NCBI GenBank assembly: GCA_963724765.1 | Contig: CAVRVY010000003.1 | Coordinates: forward strand, 1,152,001-1,216,000 | Length of the DNA stretch: 64,000 nucleotides | Reading direction: 5' to 3' | From: an uncultured delta proteobacterium | GTDB lineage: Bacteria > Desulfobacterota > Binatia > Binatales > Binataceae | Shown here: in pieces, positions 1 to 11,685 of the stretch | Layout: every line of letters begins with the position of its first letter | How positions within the stretch are numbered: position 1 is the stretch's first letter | Position numbers and translations under genes: made by a program | The notes under the pieces: model-generated | What the model was told of the DNA's origin: nothing | The model's input: the letters and a program-made list of their open reading frames with translations, nothing else | Database searches by the model: none

Positions 1-940
1 CCGACTCTTCATTATGTATGCGCCGGATCGCTTCCGCTATAAGGCTCGCGACCGACAGCACCTTGAGCGAACCGAGTTCCGCCTGTGCCTTGGCGCGCAG
101 CGGGATGGTGTTGGTGGTGATCATTTCCTTGATGCAGGACTTGTTCAGGCGCTCGCAGGCCGGATCGGAGAGGATCGGATGGGTCGCGCAGGCCAGAACT
201 TCGGTCGCCCCGGCGTTCATTACCACTCTGGCCGCCTCGGTAATCGTGCCGGCGGTGTCGATCATGTCGTCGACCAGCAGCGCCGAGGAGTCACGCACTT
301 CGCCGACCAGTTGCATCTCGGCCACCTCGCTCGCGCGCGGGCGGCGTTTGTCGATGATCGCGAGGTTGGCGTTGAGCCGCCGCGCAAACGCGCGCGCGCG
401 CTCGACGCCGCCGGCATCGGGCGAGACCACCGAGACGCGGCGTCCCTCCAGGCGTTTGCGCAGGTACTGGATCAGCACCGGCATCGCATACAGGTTGTCA
501 ACCGGGATATTGAAGAAGCCCTGGATCTGGCCGGCATGGAGGTCGACCGTGAGCACGCGCAAGGCGCCGGCGGCGGTGATGACGTCGGCGACCAGCTTGG
601 CGCTGATCGGCACGCGTGGCGCCACCTTGCGGTCCTGGCGCGCGTAACCGAAGTAGGGAATCACGGCCGTGATACGCTTGGCCGAGGCGCGTCTCAGCGC
701 GTCCATCAGCAACAGCAGCTCCATCAGGTTGTCGTTGGGCGGCGTGCAGATAGACTGGAGCACAAAGCAATCGCCGCCGCGCACGTTCTCGCGGACTTCG
801 ACCACCACCTCGCCATCCGGGAAGCGACCGACCTCCGCCTCGCCCAGGCGCACGCCGAGATGCTCGCACACCTCGCGCGCCAACGCCGGGTTGGAGTTGC
901 CGGTGAAAATCTCCAGTTCGTCTTTCGCCCGCTCAGGCAT
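1..940 (-). CDS. prs: Ribose-phosphate pyrophosphokinase (3' end runs off the window)
   Basis: Manual translation from ATG 940: [21 protein letters not shown]...GRFPDGE...[11 protein letters not shown]...[11 protein letters not shown]...VSPDAGG...[11 protein letters not shown]. Absent from the ORF track because it is truncated. Confidence 0.97.
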   Translation of the reverse strand, partial: MPERAKDELEIFTGNSNPALAREVCEHLGVRLGEAEVGRFPDGEVVVEVRENVRGGDCFVLQSICTPPNDNLMELLLLMDALRRASAKRITAVIPYFGYARQDRKVAPRVPISAKLVADVITAAGALRVLTVDLHAGQIQGFFNIPVDNLYAMPVLIQYLRKRLEGRRVSVVSPDAGGVERARAFARRLNANLAIIDKRRPRASEVAEMQLVGEVRDSSALLVDDMIDTAGTITEAARVVMNAGATEVLACATHPILSDPACERLNKSCIKEMITTNTIPLRAKAQAELGSLKVLSVASLIAEAIRRIHNEES

Positions 941-1038
941 CTCGGCCCCTCCGGCCAAGCCAAAATCGTAATTCTTCGCGCATTATTTCTCCCTGTCCGC
1001 GCCCGGCATTGCCGCACTCCGCGAGCGGCCACGAGTGA

Positions 1039-1114
1039 TGGCTGGGCGGGAAGGATTCGAACCTTCGAATGCCAGGTCCAAAGCCTGGTGCCTTACCAGC
1101 TTGGCGACCGCCCA
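1039..1114 (-). tRNA. tRNA-Gln(TTG)
   Basis: TGGGCGGTCGCCAAGCTGGTAAGGCA CCAGG-CTTTGGA-CCTGG CATTCGAAGGTTCGAATCCTTCCCGCCCAGCCA; the ispE-tRNA-Gln-prs order is common. Confidence 0.97.
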
Positions 1115-1471
1115 GCACGAGCCACGTCCCGATCATCCCGACCGTGCCGATCATAATGAAGGGCCATCGAGCATAGCACACGCCCACGGTATAGGCCGTT
1201 CGCACGGAGGCTCGGCGCGCCGCACGACCGCCCGCCGCCGCCCGGTCATCGGCCCGGTCATTGGATGGATCTGAGACGCGAAACTGTCGTTGCCAACGGA
1301 TCGGCCCAAACTTTATTGCCGCAGCGCGCGGCGCGCTGCGGCTTTGTGACAGGGATGTTAATGGATGGTGTTTTTAGGTGTCAATCGCGGCTTTCGACGA
1401 AGTTCCACAAGTCGGCTCCGGTATGACCTCTTTTGGCGCGGGAGAATCGGTCCGGGCTCTCAGGCGTGCGG

Positions 1472-2386
1472 CTAGGAAAGCGAATTTACGACGTAATATT
1501 GCGCCCGTGGAAGACTCTGGCGGAGCTTGGCGGCGGCTAGAGCAGCCGCCTCAGCATTGCCAAAGATTCCGAAGACCGCGCCGCCGCTGCCCGACATCGA
1601 CGCCCCCCTTGCTCCGGCCGCAAGCAGCGCGGAGCGGAGTTCCTCGATTTCCGGATACCGCGCCATCGCCACCGCCGCCAGGTCGTTTTGCAGCATCGCC
1701 TGCGCGATCTGACCTGAGGCGATCGCGCGCAGATGCTCCGCAGGCGCGGCGCCGCTCCATTGTTCCGGCAAAAGCGCGCGGAAGACCTCGGCGGTCGAGA
1801 CCTCGACCGGCGGCACCGCGATTACCATCCACAGAGCAGTTTGCCCGATTCGCGAGCGTTCGTTCGCCATTACAGCTTCAAGTGGTGCAATACGCTCGCC
1901 CACCCCACCGACGTGCGCGGCCCGCAGTCTCAGGAAAAACGGGACGTCGGCGCCGAGCGTGAGCGCAACTCGCGCAAGCCGCGACAGGTCATCGACACGG
2001 CACAGCGCCGCCATCATGCGGAGCACCGCGCCGGCGTCGCTCGAGCCGCCGCCGAGACCAGCGCCCGCGGGGATTCGTTTGCGCAAATCGATCGCGACCT
2101 GGCTAGGGCGATGAATCTCGGCGCCGAACTCACGCAGAAATGCGTCGGCGGCGCGCCACGCCAGATTTTTTTCGCCCGTCGGGAGGTCATCGCGATCGCA
2201 GCCCAGAGCGATCACCGTATCGGCGGCGCTTTGAGGTTCTACGCGGATTTCCACCCGGACCTGGTCGCATAGCGAGACCGGGACGAAGACCGAATCGACT
2301 TCGTGGTAGCCGTCGGCGCGCCGTCCGACGACGCGCAGGAAGAGGTTTATCTTGGCCGGCGCCGGCTCGGCGAGCAGCTTGACCAT
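1472..2386 (-). CDS. ispE: 4-diphosphocytidyl-2-C-methyl-D-erythritol kinase
   Basis: APAKINLFLRV...DGYHEV, KRIPAGAGLGGGSSDA, LGADVPFF, MSGSG; start trimmed to ATG 2386. Confidence 0.95.
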   Translation of the reverse strand: MVKLLAEPAPAKINLFLRVVGRRADGYHEVDSVFVPVSLCDQVRVEIRVEPQSAADTVIALGCDRDDLPTGEKNLAWRAADAFLREFGAEIHRPSQVAIDLRKRIPAGAGLGGGSSDAGAVLRMMAALCRVDDLSRLARVALTLGADVPFFLRLRAAHVGGVGERIAPLEAVMANERSRIGQTALWMVIAVPPVEVSTAEVFRALLPEQWSGAAPAEHLRAIASGQIAQAMLQNDLAAVAMARYPEIEELRSALLAAGARGASMSGSGGAVFGIFGNAEAAALAAAKLRQSLPRAQYYVVNSLS

Positions 2387-2460
2387 CTGTGCGTTCCTGG
2401 AACCATTGGGAGACGAGACTACGCGGCGAGGCGAAAGACGGTGCGTGTCCGCGCCGCTGG

Positions 2461-2874
2461 CTAGTGCGCGTGCGGAGGCGCGTTGCCGCCCAGGGTTGTC
2501 CGGATCCTTCGATGGACGTGGCGGTTGTCGCGCTGGATTATCACGATGAAGCCGATCAGCGTCAGGACCACGCCGGCCAGCACCAGCGCCTGCCCGGTGA
2601 GAAACGTCGCGTGATAGAAGTCCATCCGCGCGGTCGCGTAGGAGACCTGGCGCTGCGCATTGGTGAACGGCGCCAGCACCGCGCGGTCGGTGTGCGGGTC
2701 GAGTTCGTCGAAGCTGCGGTAGGCCTCGTCGGCCGCAACATCCGTATTGCCGACGACGATGCGGCTGTATTCCTGGGTGCGGGCGCGACCGATTTCCCAG
2801 TTGACGGCGCCGAGCACGATTAGCGCGAGGCCGGCCACGATTCTCCAATCGGTGTAGACGTCAGGCAGTTTCAT
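2461..2874 (-). CDS. Hypothetical membrane protein (2 TM), 137 aa
   Basis: MKLPDVYTDWRIVAGLALIVLGAVNW... and ...LVLAGVVLTLIGFIVII hydrophobic segments; host-like codon use. Confidence 0.7.
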   Translation of the reverse strand: MKLPDVYTDWRIVAGLALIVLGAVNWEIGRARTQEYSRIVVGNTDVAADEAYRSFDELDPHTDRAVLAPFTNAQRQVSYATARMDFYHATFLTGQALVLAGVVLTLIGFIVIIQRDNRHVHRRIRTTLGGNAPPHAH

Positions 2875-3043
2875 CAGTGTTTGGCTGAACAATATGCGCC
2901 TGCCAGTGACAAGACAACCAGACAGACAACAACACGAGCAGACTGCTCCACAGCACCGCGCGCGCTCCAACTGCCTTTGAATTGCGCCCGCGACGCTCCA
3001 GCAGTTATCATCAATAGACCAGAGAGGATGGCCTGCGATTCCG

Positions 3044-4051
3044 GTGGATAACACACGTCTTAACTCACTGCTAGAGCGCTTTGCGGCTCGCGATCGCCTG
3101 GCCCTGGCCCGGCTGATCACGCTGGTCGAGAATCGCGCAGCCGTGGTCAGCACTGTGATGGAGCGCGTCTATCCGCACGCTGGCCACGCCTACATTATCG
3201 GGGTGACCGGCGCGCCGGGGGCGGGCAAATCGACGCTGGTCAATCGGCTCATCGCCAGGTATCGCGCCCAGCGCAAGCAGGTCGGCGTGCTCGCGATCGA
3301 TCCCTCGAGCCCATTCTCCGGTGGCGCGGTGCTCGGCGACCGCGTGCGCATGACCGACCATTATCGCGACACCGGCGTTTATATCCGCAGCCTCTCTAGC
3401 CGCGGCAGCCACGGCGGACTGAGCCGCGCCGCGCGCGAGGTCGTAAAGCTGCTCGACGCCTTCGGCTTCGACATCATCATCATCGAGACCGTCGGCGTCG
3501 GCCAGACCCAGCTCGCCGTGATGGACCTTGCCGATACCACCGTGGTGGTGACGGTGCCCGAGGGCGGCGACGGGGTGCAGGTGATGAAGGCCGGGCTGAA
3601 TGAAATCGCCGACCTTTTCGTGGTCAACAAGGCCGACCGCGAGGGCGCCGATCGGATCAAGGCGGAACTCGAACTGAGCGTGCATCTAAGCCGTCAGGAC
3701 GCCGGATGGCTGCCGCCGGTGGTGCTGACGCAAGCGGCGGCCGACCAGGGCGTCGACGCACTGGTGGCGGCGATCGCGCGCCACGCCGAATATGTCGCGG
3801 CCCATCGCAGTCCCGAGCGCGAGCGCGAGCGGCGGACGCGTGAGTTCGTTGAAGTACTGACCGCCGAGATGGAAGAGCGTACCGCGCGCGCGGTTCGCAG
3901 CGGCGGCGGCGATGGAGTCGCTGGCGTCGTAGGCGAAGTTCGCGCTGGAAGTCTCAATCCATACACCGCCGCGCGCCGCGTGATCGAAGACCGCAAGGCG
4001 CTGAGTCAACTGCTCGCGCAAGGAGCGGCCGGCGCGGCCGGACGCGATTAG
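3044..4051 (+). CDS. meaB: MeaB/ArgK-family GTPase (methylmalonyl-CoA mutase chaperone)
   Basis: GVTGAPGAGKST, DPSSPFSGGAVLGDRVRM, ETVGVGQ, VVNKAD. Confidence 0.92.
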   Translation: MDNTRLNSLLERFAARDRLALARLITLVENRAAVVSTVMERVYPHAGHAYIIGVTGAPGAGKSTLVNRLIARYRAQRKQVGVLAIDPSSPFSGGAVLGDRVRMTDHYRDTGVYIRSLSSRGSHGGLSRAAREVVKLLDAFGFDIIIIETVGVGQTQLAVMDLADTTVVVTVPEGGDGVQVMKAGLNEIADLFVVNKADREGADRIKAELELSVHLSRQDAGWLPPVVLTQAAADQGVDALVAAIARHAEYVAAHRSPERERERRTREFVEVLTAEMEERTARAVRSGGGDGVAGVVGEVRAGSLNPYTAARRVIEDRKALSQLLAQGAAGAAGRD

Positions 4052-4084
4052 CCGCAAGCGGCATTGCAGGCAGCTTTATTTATA

Positions 4085-4816
4085 ATGACGACGCGCAGTA
4101 AATCACCTCAAGTTCCCGCAACCGGCCGCCTGTTCGCCATCGGCGACATCCATGGATGCCCCGACGAGCTGGAGGTGATGCTCAACGCAATCAAGCCCGT
4201 GCACGGCGACACGGTGGTGTTCGTCGGCGACTACGTCGATCGCGGACCGTCGGCGCACGGCGTGATCGAACTGCTGCTCGATCGCGAGCGCCAGGGCGGC
4301 GCCGAGTTCGTCTTCTTAAAGGGCAACCACGAGGACATGATGTGCGCGTATCTCGGCTTGCCCGGAAACTACGGCGAGTCGTTCCTGTTCAATGGCGGGG
4401 CCGCCACGCTCGAGAGCTATGGCGTGACCGAGCACAATCTGTCCGAGGCGCGCGGCCATATCCCCGACCCGCATCTCGATTTCGTCAAACGCCTGGCCAC
4501 CAGCTATCTGCGTCCGCCCTACCTGTTCGTCCACGCCGGCGTGGTGCCGGCGCTCGAGCTCGAGGAGCAACGCGTCGAGGACATGCTCTGGATTCGCCAG
4601 GAATTTATTTTCAGTCCCCATCGGCTGAGCTCGACCGTGGTCTTCGGACACACCCCGATGCGGGCCGTGATGGTCGATTTGCCGTACAAGCTGGGCATCG
4701 ACACCGGACTGGTTTACGGCGGCAAGCTGACCTGCATCGAGCTTACCGAGGGTGTGGTCTACCAGGTCAACCGCCGCAGCCGTCAGGCAAAAACCAGCGC
4801 CATCGCGCTGAGCTGA
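4085..4816 (+). CDS. Calcineurin-like metallophosphoesterase (Ser/Thr phosphatase family)
   Basis: GDIHG, GDYVDRG, GNHE, FVHAG, FGHTP, GIDTG motifs. Confidence 0.92.
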   Translation: MTTRSKSPQVPATGRLFAIGDIHGCPDELEVMLNAIKPVHGDTVVFVGDYVDRGPSAHGVIELLLDRERQGGAEFVFLKGNHEDMMCAYLGLPGNYGESFLFNGGAATLESYGVTEHNLSEARGHIPDPHLDFVKRLATSYLRPPYLFVHAGVVPALELEEQRVEDMLWIRQEFIFSPHRLSSTVVFGHTPMRAVMVDLPYKLGIDTGLVYGGKLTCIELTEGVVYQVNRRSRQAKTSAIALS

Positions 4817-4884
4817 AGCTCTTTTGAGATCGAGTTGAGGCTCTTTTAAGCCTGCGCCGCTCCGGCTAGTGTTGACGGTTCGGT

Positions 4885-4961
4885 GGCGACGTAGCTCAGT
4901 TGGTTAGAGCATGCGGCTCATATCCGCAGTGTCGTAGGTTCGACTCCTACCGTCGCCACCA
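4885..4961 (+). tRNA. tRNA with CAT anticodon, most likely elongator tRNA-Met
   Basis: GGCGACGTAGCTCAGTTGGTTAGAGCA TGCGG-CTCATAT-CCGCA GTGTCGTAGGTTCGACTCCTACCGTCGCCACCA; G1-C72 is paired, so not an initiator. Confidence 0.93.
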
Positions 4962-4975
4962 CATCGAAGGATTCT

Positions 4976-6103
4976 GTGCCATCAAAGACGCAATCGGTAA
5001 TCGATCCATCCAAGGCGCGCGCCGGCCATCCCTTCCACATGTTCGACGCGATTGCCGCGCAACCCGCGGCGATCGCCGAGGTCGTGGCGCGCGACCGCGA
5101 GGGTGTCGTGGCGCTGGCGCGCGCGCTCAAGCAGACGCCGTCGCTCACGCTGGCCGGGATGGGCACGTCGCTCAATGGTGCGATATACGGCGAGTACTGG
5201 CTGCGCACGATCGGCCGCATGGCTTCGGCCCGGGCGGTAAGCTCATTTGACGTGGTGAACTACGGACCCAAGCCGGCCGCGGGCGGTGCGCTGCTCGTGC
5301 TGTCGCATCGCGGATGGAAACAGTGCTCGGCGCGCGCGGTGGCTGAGGCCAAGACCGCCGGCGTCGTAACCGCTGCGATATGTGGCCAGGGGCCCAGCGA
5401 GGGCGCGCGCCAGGCGGACCATCTGCTGCTCACGACCGATCAGGAACAGTCGGCAGCGCATACCAAGAGTCTGACGACGGCGATGGCGCTGCTGTTCGAT
5501 CTCGCGCTCGAACTGCGCGCGCAAGCCGACACCGGCGACCTCGAAACCCAGCGGATGCGGGCCGAGTTCGAGGCAATTCCAGAGCTGATGCGCCGGCGCC
5601 TTGACGACGATTCGCTCGAGCGCGACGCGGCCGAGCAATTGCGCAACTACCGCCGTATCCTGGTAATCGGCGGCGGCCCCAACTATCCCACCGCGCGTGA
5701 GATCGGGCTGAAGCTCAAAGAGAGCAGCTTCACCTATGCCGAGGGGATGCAGGTCGAGGAATTTCTGCACGGCCCGTTGAGCTCGGCCGACCGCGACACC
5801 CTCGTCATCATCGCGAGCGGCGGCGGTGCGGCCGGCGCTCGCGCCGAGCAGGCGGCCAACGCGCTCGGTGAGATAGGCGCGGAGCGCCTGGGCATCTATA
5901 CCCGCGCGGGTTCGGCGCTGGCCGAGGCGGTCGAGGTTGGAATCCGGGTCGAGGGCGAGGACGAGGCGCTTAGCCCGTTCGCGTTGCTGCTCTCGCTGCA
6001 GCTTTTCACCTACTGGCTGGCGGTGAAGCGGGGATGCAATCCCGACCTGGCGCATCGCGACGATGTGCGCTACGTCAAAGCCGCCAGTCACTTTGAGATG
6101 TAG
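4976..6103 (+). CDS. Double-SIS-domain protein (GlmS C-terminal-like sugar-amine isomerase/deaminase, no glutaminase domain)
   Basis: GMGTS, AHTKS, EIGLKLKESS, EFLHGP, GCNPD. Confidence 0.85.
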   Translation: MPSKTQSVIDPSKARAGHPFHMFDAIAAQPAAIAEVVARDREGVVALARALKQTPSLTLAGMGTSLNGAIYGEYWLRTIGRMASARAVSSFDVVNYGPKPAAGGALLVLSHRGWKQCSARAVAEAKTAGVVTAAICGQGPSEGARQADHLLLTTDQEQSAAHTKSLTTAMALLFDLALELRAQADTGDLETQRMRAEFEAIPELMRRRLDDDSLERDAAEQLRNYRRILVIGGGPNYPTAREIGLKLKESSFTYAEGMQVEEFLHGPLSSADRDTLVIIASGGGAAGARAEQAANALGEIGAERLGIYTRAGSALAEAVEVGIRVEGEDEALSPFALLLSLQLFTYWLAVKRGCNPDLAHRDDVRYVKAASHFEM

Positions 6104-6193
6104 CGTCGTTTTTCACTGACCGCGCACGGCGAAGAAACTCGCCGCCAACGCGCGCGCGAATCTGAAAATATCAATGCTCGCGCGGTGAAAATG

Positions 6194-6230
6194 GATCGCG
6201 AGGCCGAAGCATCGCTTCGGCCTCGCGATC
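6194..6230. terminator. Perfect 17-bp stem hairpin between convergent genes
   Basis: GATCGCGAGGCCGAAGC-atc-GCTTCGGCCTCGCGATC. Confidence 0.7.
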
Positions 6231-6253
6231 ATCAAACTTTTGGAAACCCGCGC

Positions 6254-6535
6254 CTAGCGCGCGCCGAGCACGGCATCCTTGAGCGCCTTGGCAGGCGTGA
6301 AACGCAGGCGGGTGCGCGCCGGAATCTTGATCGCTTCGCCAGTGGCCGGGTTACGTCCCATCCGGGCCTTGGTCTTGCGCTTGCGGAAGATCCCCAGTCC
6401 CGCAAGCCGCAGCGAGCCTTCCTTCTTCAGTTCGCGCACCACGAGGCCGGTCAATTCCTCGAGCGCGACCTTGGCGTCTTTCTTGGAAATCTTAACTTTG
6501 TCGGCGAGATGCGCCGCGACCTGCGACTGCGTCAT
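6254..6535 (-). CDS. hup: HU family DNA-binding protein
   Basis: LAGLGIF..RKTKARMGRNPATGEAIKIPA; SD AAGGAGG upstream. Confidence 0.95.
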   Translation of the reverse strand: MTQSQVAAHLADKVKISKKDAKVALEELTGLVVRELKKEGSLRLAGLGIFRKRKTKARMGRNPATGEAIKIPARTRLRFTPAKALKDAVLGAR

Positions 6536-6723
6536 CATCATCCTCCTTGTGCGAGTGCGAGTTTCGCAGACAGAGGGTGAACCAGCGCCACGTCATTTGC
6601 AAGCTGCGAGGTGAGCAAAACCCACGTTTTTCTTAAGAACCGTGACGGTTTTTCAACAGCCCCGGCTTTGAGCCGTTGGGGCAGAGCCACTTTTTCGTCA
6701 CGCGATCGGCAACGCGCGGTCCA

Positions 6724-6778
6724 GCGCGCAATTCGCGCACGATTTGCGCGCAAATTATGCGCAATTTATGCGCAATCT
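6724..6778. repeat. Five degenerate 11-bp tandem repeats
   Basis: gcgcgcaattc gcgcacgattt gcgcgcaaatt atgcgcaattt atgcgcaatct. Confidence 0.75.
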
Positions 6779-6790
6779 ATGATCGTCAGG

Positions 6791-7552
6791 CTAGTAACGT
6801 ACCTCTACCAGGTACAGTCCGGCGGCCGGCGCGGGAGCCGGCGCGAGCGCGCGGTCGCGGCTGGCGAGCAGAGCGGCGATGGTATCGGCGGGCGGCCTGC
6901 CTGCGGATTTGCCGCGACCCACCTCGACCATCGCGGCCACCATCGTACGCACCATGTGGCGCAAAAACGCGCTCGCCTCGACCCGGTAAATGAAATGGCG
7001 CTCGTCTCCATCAGGCTCGTTTTCGCGCCGCCAGCAGCTTTGCTCGACGCGCCGCACGGTGGTCTTTTCGGCCGATCCCAGCGAGCGGAAAGCGGCGAAG
7101 TCGTGCTCGCCGACGAACGTCACCGCCGCCGCGTTGATCGCGGCGAGATCCAGCGGCTCGCGCACCAGCCACGCCGAGTTGCGCTCGAACGCCGAGCGCA
7201 GCAGCCGGTTGAGCACGCGGTATTCGTAGATTCGAAGCCGCGCGTCGCGGCGCGGATCGAAGTTGTCGCCGGCCTCCGACGCCTCGAGCACGACGATGTC
7301 GTCCGGCAGTATCGCGTTGAGCGCGCGCGCGAGTTCGGCGGGATCGAATGGCCGTGGCAGCCGCGCCGCAGCGACCTGTCCGCGCGCATGCACGCCGGCG
7401 TCGGTACGTCCCGCGCCGCGCACGCGTATCGGCGCGCCGAAGATTCGCGCCAGCGCCTCTTCCAGCCGCGCCTGGATCGAATCCTGGCCGCTTTGCATCT
7501 GCCAGCCCGAGTAGTTGGTGCCGTCGTACTCGAGCTTGAGCCGGACCTGCAT
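6791..7552 (-). CDS. truA: tRNA pseudouridine(38-40) synthase
   Basis: EYDGTNYSGWQ, GAGRTDAGVHARGQ, GEHDFAAF, FLRHMVR. Confidence 0.97.
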   Translation of the reverse strand: MQVRLKLEYDGTNYSGWQMQSGQDSIQARLEEALARIFGAPIRVRGAGRTDAGVHARGQVAAARLPRPFDPAELARALNAILPDDIVVLEASEAGDNFDPRRDARLRIYEYRVLNRLLRSAFERNSAWLVREPLDLAAINAAAVTFVGEHDFAAFRSLGSAEKTTVRRVEQSCWRRENEPDGDERHFIYRVEASAFLRHMVRTMVAAMVEVGRGKSAGRPPADTIAALLASRDRALAPAPAPAAGLYLVEVRY

Positions 7553-7567
7553 GTTTTTTGGGCGTAT

Positions 7568-8569
7568 CTATGCGGCGCCCGGGGCTGCAACGGCGGAGAA
7601 CTTTTCCGCCACCCACACGGCGTCGAGCGCGGCCAGTCGCGCGCTATCGAAGGCGCACCATACGGACGCACCGGCAGGCTGCGCGCCGAGCATCACCAGA
7701 ATCGCCTCATGGCCGACCGCGTCGATGACGCCGGCGCTGCCCTCCTCTTCGCCGGCGACCATCAGCAGGCCGGGCGCGGCGCGCAGGCGCGCAGCCAGAT
7801 TGGCCGGGTCGGCAGGGTCGGGAATCAGCACCGTCATCGCTGAGCCATGGAGCACGGCGACATGGACGACTTCGATCAGGAGCCGCGGCGTCGCGCCAAG
7901 CAACGCGGCGGTCTGCTCGGCCAGCGCTGCGGCAAGTCCCGATGCTGGATCCGCGGGGTAGGCGTTGAAGGCGCGCTGAGTCTCACCTTCCTCCAGACTG
8001 TGAGTGCCGCTCAGCAGCTCTCGCGCCTCGCGGACGACCTCTTCTACGCCGTGGCGTCCCGCGCTGCTCGCGCCGAGCATCACAGTTGCGCACACGACTC
8101 CAGTTTGTGCGCCGGCTGCGCTGATAATCGTCGCCAGCGCATGGGCGGCGGGATGAGCGATCGCGATAACCTTGTTGCTCGCGGCGAACTCAGCGATCCG
8201 CTCCGGCGGCGTGAAGCCGGGCGCGACCACGGGTATCGACGGGATTTCTGAGGGGGCGCGCAGGACGGCGCTCAAATCGACCAGCAGCGGACCCGGGCGC
8301 GCGCGAACGATATCGGCTGCCCAGCTCGGCGCGACCGCGAGGAATGCGAGGTCGAAACGGGAAAGTTCAGCCGGTTCGTGGAACTCGGCGACTATCAGCG
8401 CCTCACCCAGCGCCTCGACAGTCTGGGTGGCGCCGCGCTCGGTCGCGAACAGCACCAGCTCGGCGCAGGGTAGAGCGCGCGCGTCGATAAGTTCGACTAT
8501 CTGCTCGCCGACCGCGCCGGTGGCGCCGACCACGGCGATCCTGAGCTCGCGGCCTGGCGCCGCGGCCAT
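7568..8569 (-). CDS. Aspartate-semialdehyde-dehydrogenase-like (Usg-type) protein lacking the catalytic Cys
   Basis: VVGATGAVG Rossmann motif and RAFN; IAIAHPAA in place of IANPNC; sits between leuB and truA. Confidence 0.8.
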   Translation of the reverse strand: MAAAPGRELRIAVVGATGAVGEQIVELIDARALPCAELVLFATERGATQTVEALGEALIVAEFHEPAELSRFDLAFLAVAPSWAADIVRARPGPLLVDLSAVLRAPSEIPSIPVVAPGFTPPERIAEFAASNKVIAIAHPAAHALATIISAAGAQTGVVCATVMLGASSAGRHGVEEVVREARELLSGTHSLEEGETQRAFNAYPADPASGLAAALAEQTAALLGATPRLLIEVVHVAVLHGSAMTVLIPDPADPANLAARLRAAPGLLMVAGEEEGSAGVIDAVGHEAILVMLGAQPAGASVWCAFDSARLAALDAVWVAEKFSAVAAPGAA

Positions 8570-8570
8570 C

Positions 8571-9677
8571 TCAGGTTTCCGCGCCTTCGAGTTTTTCCCG
8601 CACCAGGCGGCCCATCGCTTTGCATCCGACCACCTTGGTGCCCGGACCCGCGCCGAGGTCGCGCGTGCGGTAGCCCTCGCGCAACACGCCCTCTACCGCC
8701 TGCCCGATTATCTCGGCCTCGGCGCGCAGCCCGAGCGAGTGCTCGAGCAGCATCGCGGCGGACAGGATGGCGGCGAGTGGATTGGCCTCGTCGCGGCCGG
8801 CGATATCGGGGGCGCTGCCGTGAATCGGCTCGAACAGCCCGACCCGGCATCCGGCGCTGTTGAGCTCGTCGCCGAGCGAGGCCGACGGCAGCAGCCCCAT
8901 CGAGCCCGCCAGTACTGAGGCCTCGTCGGTCAGGATGTCGCCGAACATGTTCTCGGTGACGATCACGTCGAAGTCGCGCGGGCGGCGGATGAGATGCATC
9001 GCCATCGAGTCGACGAGCTGGTTGTCGAAGGCGACGTCCTTATATTCGGTGGCCAGCTCGCCGGCGATCTCGCGCCACAGCCGCGAGGTGGCGAGGATGT
9101 TGGCCTTGTCGACCGAGGTCAGGTGTTTGCGGCGCTCGCGCGCAAGCTCGAATCCGTAGCGCAGCACGCGGACGATCTCCTCCTCGGAGTAGACGCAGGT
9201 ATCGATCGCGCCGCGCAGGTCGCCGTTGTTGCGCCGCTCGGAGGGCTTGCCGTAGTAGATACCGCCGGTGAGCTCGCGGATGACCACGAGGTCAACGCCG
9301 TTGATGATCTCCTGGCGCAGCGGCGACGTGGCCGTCAGTTCCTTGACCGCCTTGACCGGCCGCACGTTGGCGAACAGCCCCAGCTCCTTGCGCAACGCAA
9401 GCAGCGCCTGCTCGGGACGCTTGTCGGCCTTGGGATTGTCCCACTTGGGACCGCCCACCGCGCCAAACAGGATCGCATCGCTGTTCTTCGCCTGCTTGAG
9501 TACGTCGTCGGGCAGCGGCGTGCCAAACTGATCGATCGCATGGCCGCCGGCGGTGCCCTCCTTGAACTCGAGATCGAGCGCGGCATTGCGCGCCACGACC
9601 TTGAGCACCTGCAGTGCCTCGCCGACGACTTCGGGACCAATCCCGTCACCCTTGAGAACCAGAATCTTGTAGGTCAT
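8571..9677 (-). CDS. leuB: 3-isopropylmalate dehydrogenase
   Basis: GDGIGPEV, RELTGGIY, NMFGDILTDEAS, EPIHGSAPDIAG. Confidence 0.97.
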   Translation of the reverse strand: MTYKILVLKGDGIGPEVVGEALQVLKVVARNAALDLEFKEGTAGGHAIDQFGTPLPDDVLKQAKNSDAILFGAVGGPKWDNPKADKRPEQALLALRKELGLFANVRPVKAVKELTATSPLRQEIINGVDLVVIRELTGGIYYGKPSERRNNGDLRGAIDTCVYSEEEIVRVLRYGFELARERRKHLTSVDKANILATSRLWREIAGELATEYKDVAFDNQLVDSMAMHLIRRPRDFDVIVTENMFGDILTDEASVLAGSMGLLPSASLGDELNSAGCRVGLFEPIHGSAPDIAGRDEANPLAAILSAAMLLEHSLGLRAEAEIIGQAVEGVLREGYRTRDLGAGPGTKVVGCKAMGRLVREKLEGAET

Positions 9678-9871
9678 CTAACTTGCGGAGTCCCAGCAGC
9701 GGAAGTGGAGAGACCGATAGGTTTCGGGCAGATTCGCTTCAAACGTCGCGCGGTCGTGGCAGAGTAAAACAAATTCAAATCGTGCGGCGGCGCGATCTTC
9801 CCCTGTTCGACACCTTGCGCGGGCGGCGCGTCAAGCGCCCTTCACCCGACGCCAATAGCACTTAGCCCAAC

Positions 9872-9903
9872 GCGACTGCCGCGGCAAGTCCCGCGGCAGT
9901 CGC
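9872..9903. terminator. 13-bp stem hairpin downstream of leuA
   Basis: GCGACTGCCGCGG-caagtc-CCGCGGCAGTCGC. Confidence 0.55.
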
Positions 9904-9965
9904 CACGACAAAGCTCCATTACGACCTCCAAAGGATTCGGTCCCTCGCAAAGCGCCTGGCCCGCC

Positions 9966-11549
<1,584 letters not shown>

Positions 11550-11610
11550 CGGCGTCTCTCTCTCCTCCGTGCTCCCCGTGACGGATGGGCCGCCAGACCG
11601 CGCGGCGGGC

Positions 11611-11660
11611 AAAAAAGAAAACGCCCCGGGCGGCCTTTTGGCCCTCCGCCCGGGGCGTTT
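11611..11660 (-). terminator. Attenuator terminator of the leuA leader
   Basis: Minus strand AAACGCCCCGGGCGG...CCGCCCGGGGCGTTTTCTTTTTT. Confidence 0.9.
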
Positions 11661-11685
11661 TGGTTCAGGTTTAAAGTCGCTTTAC

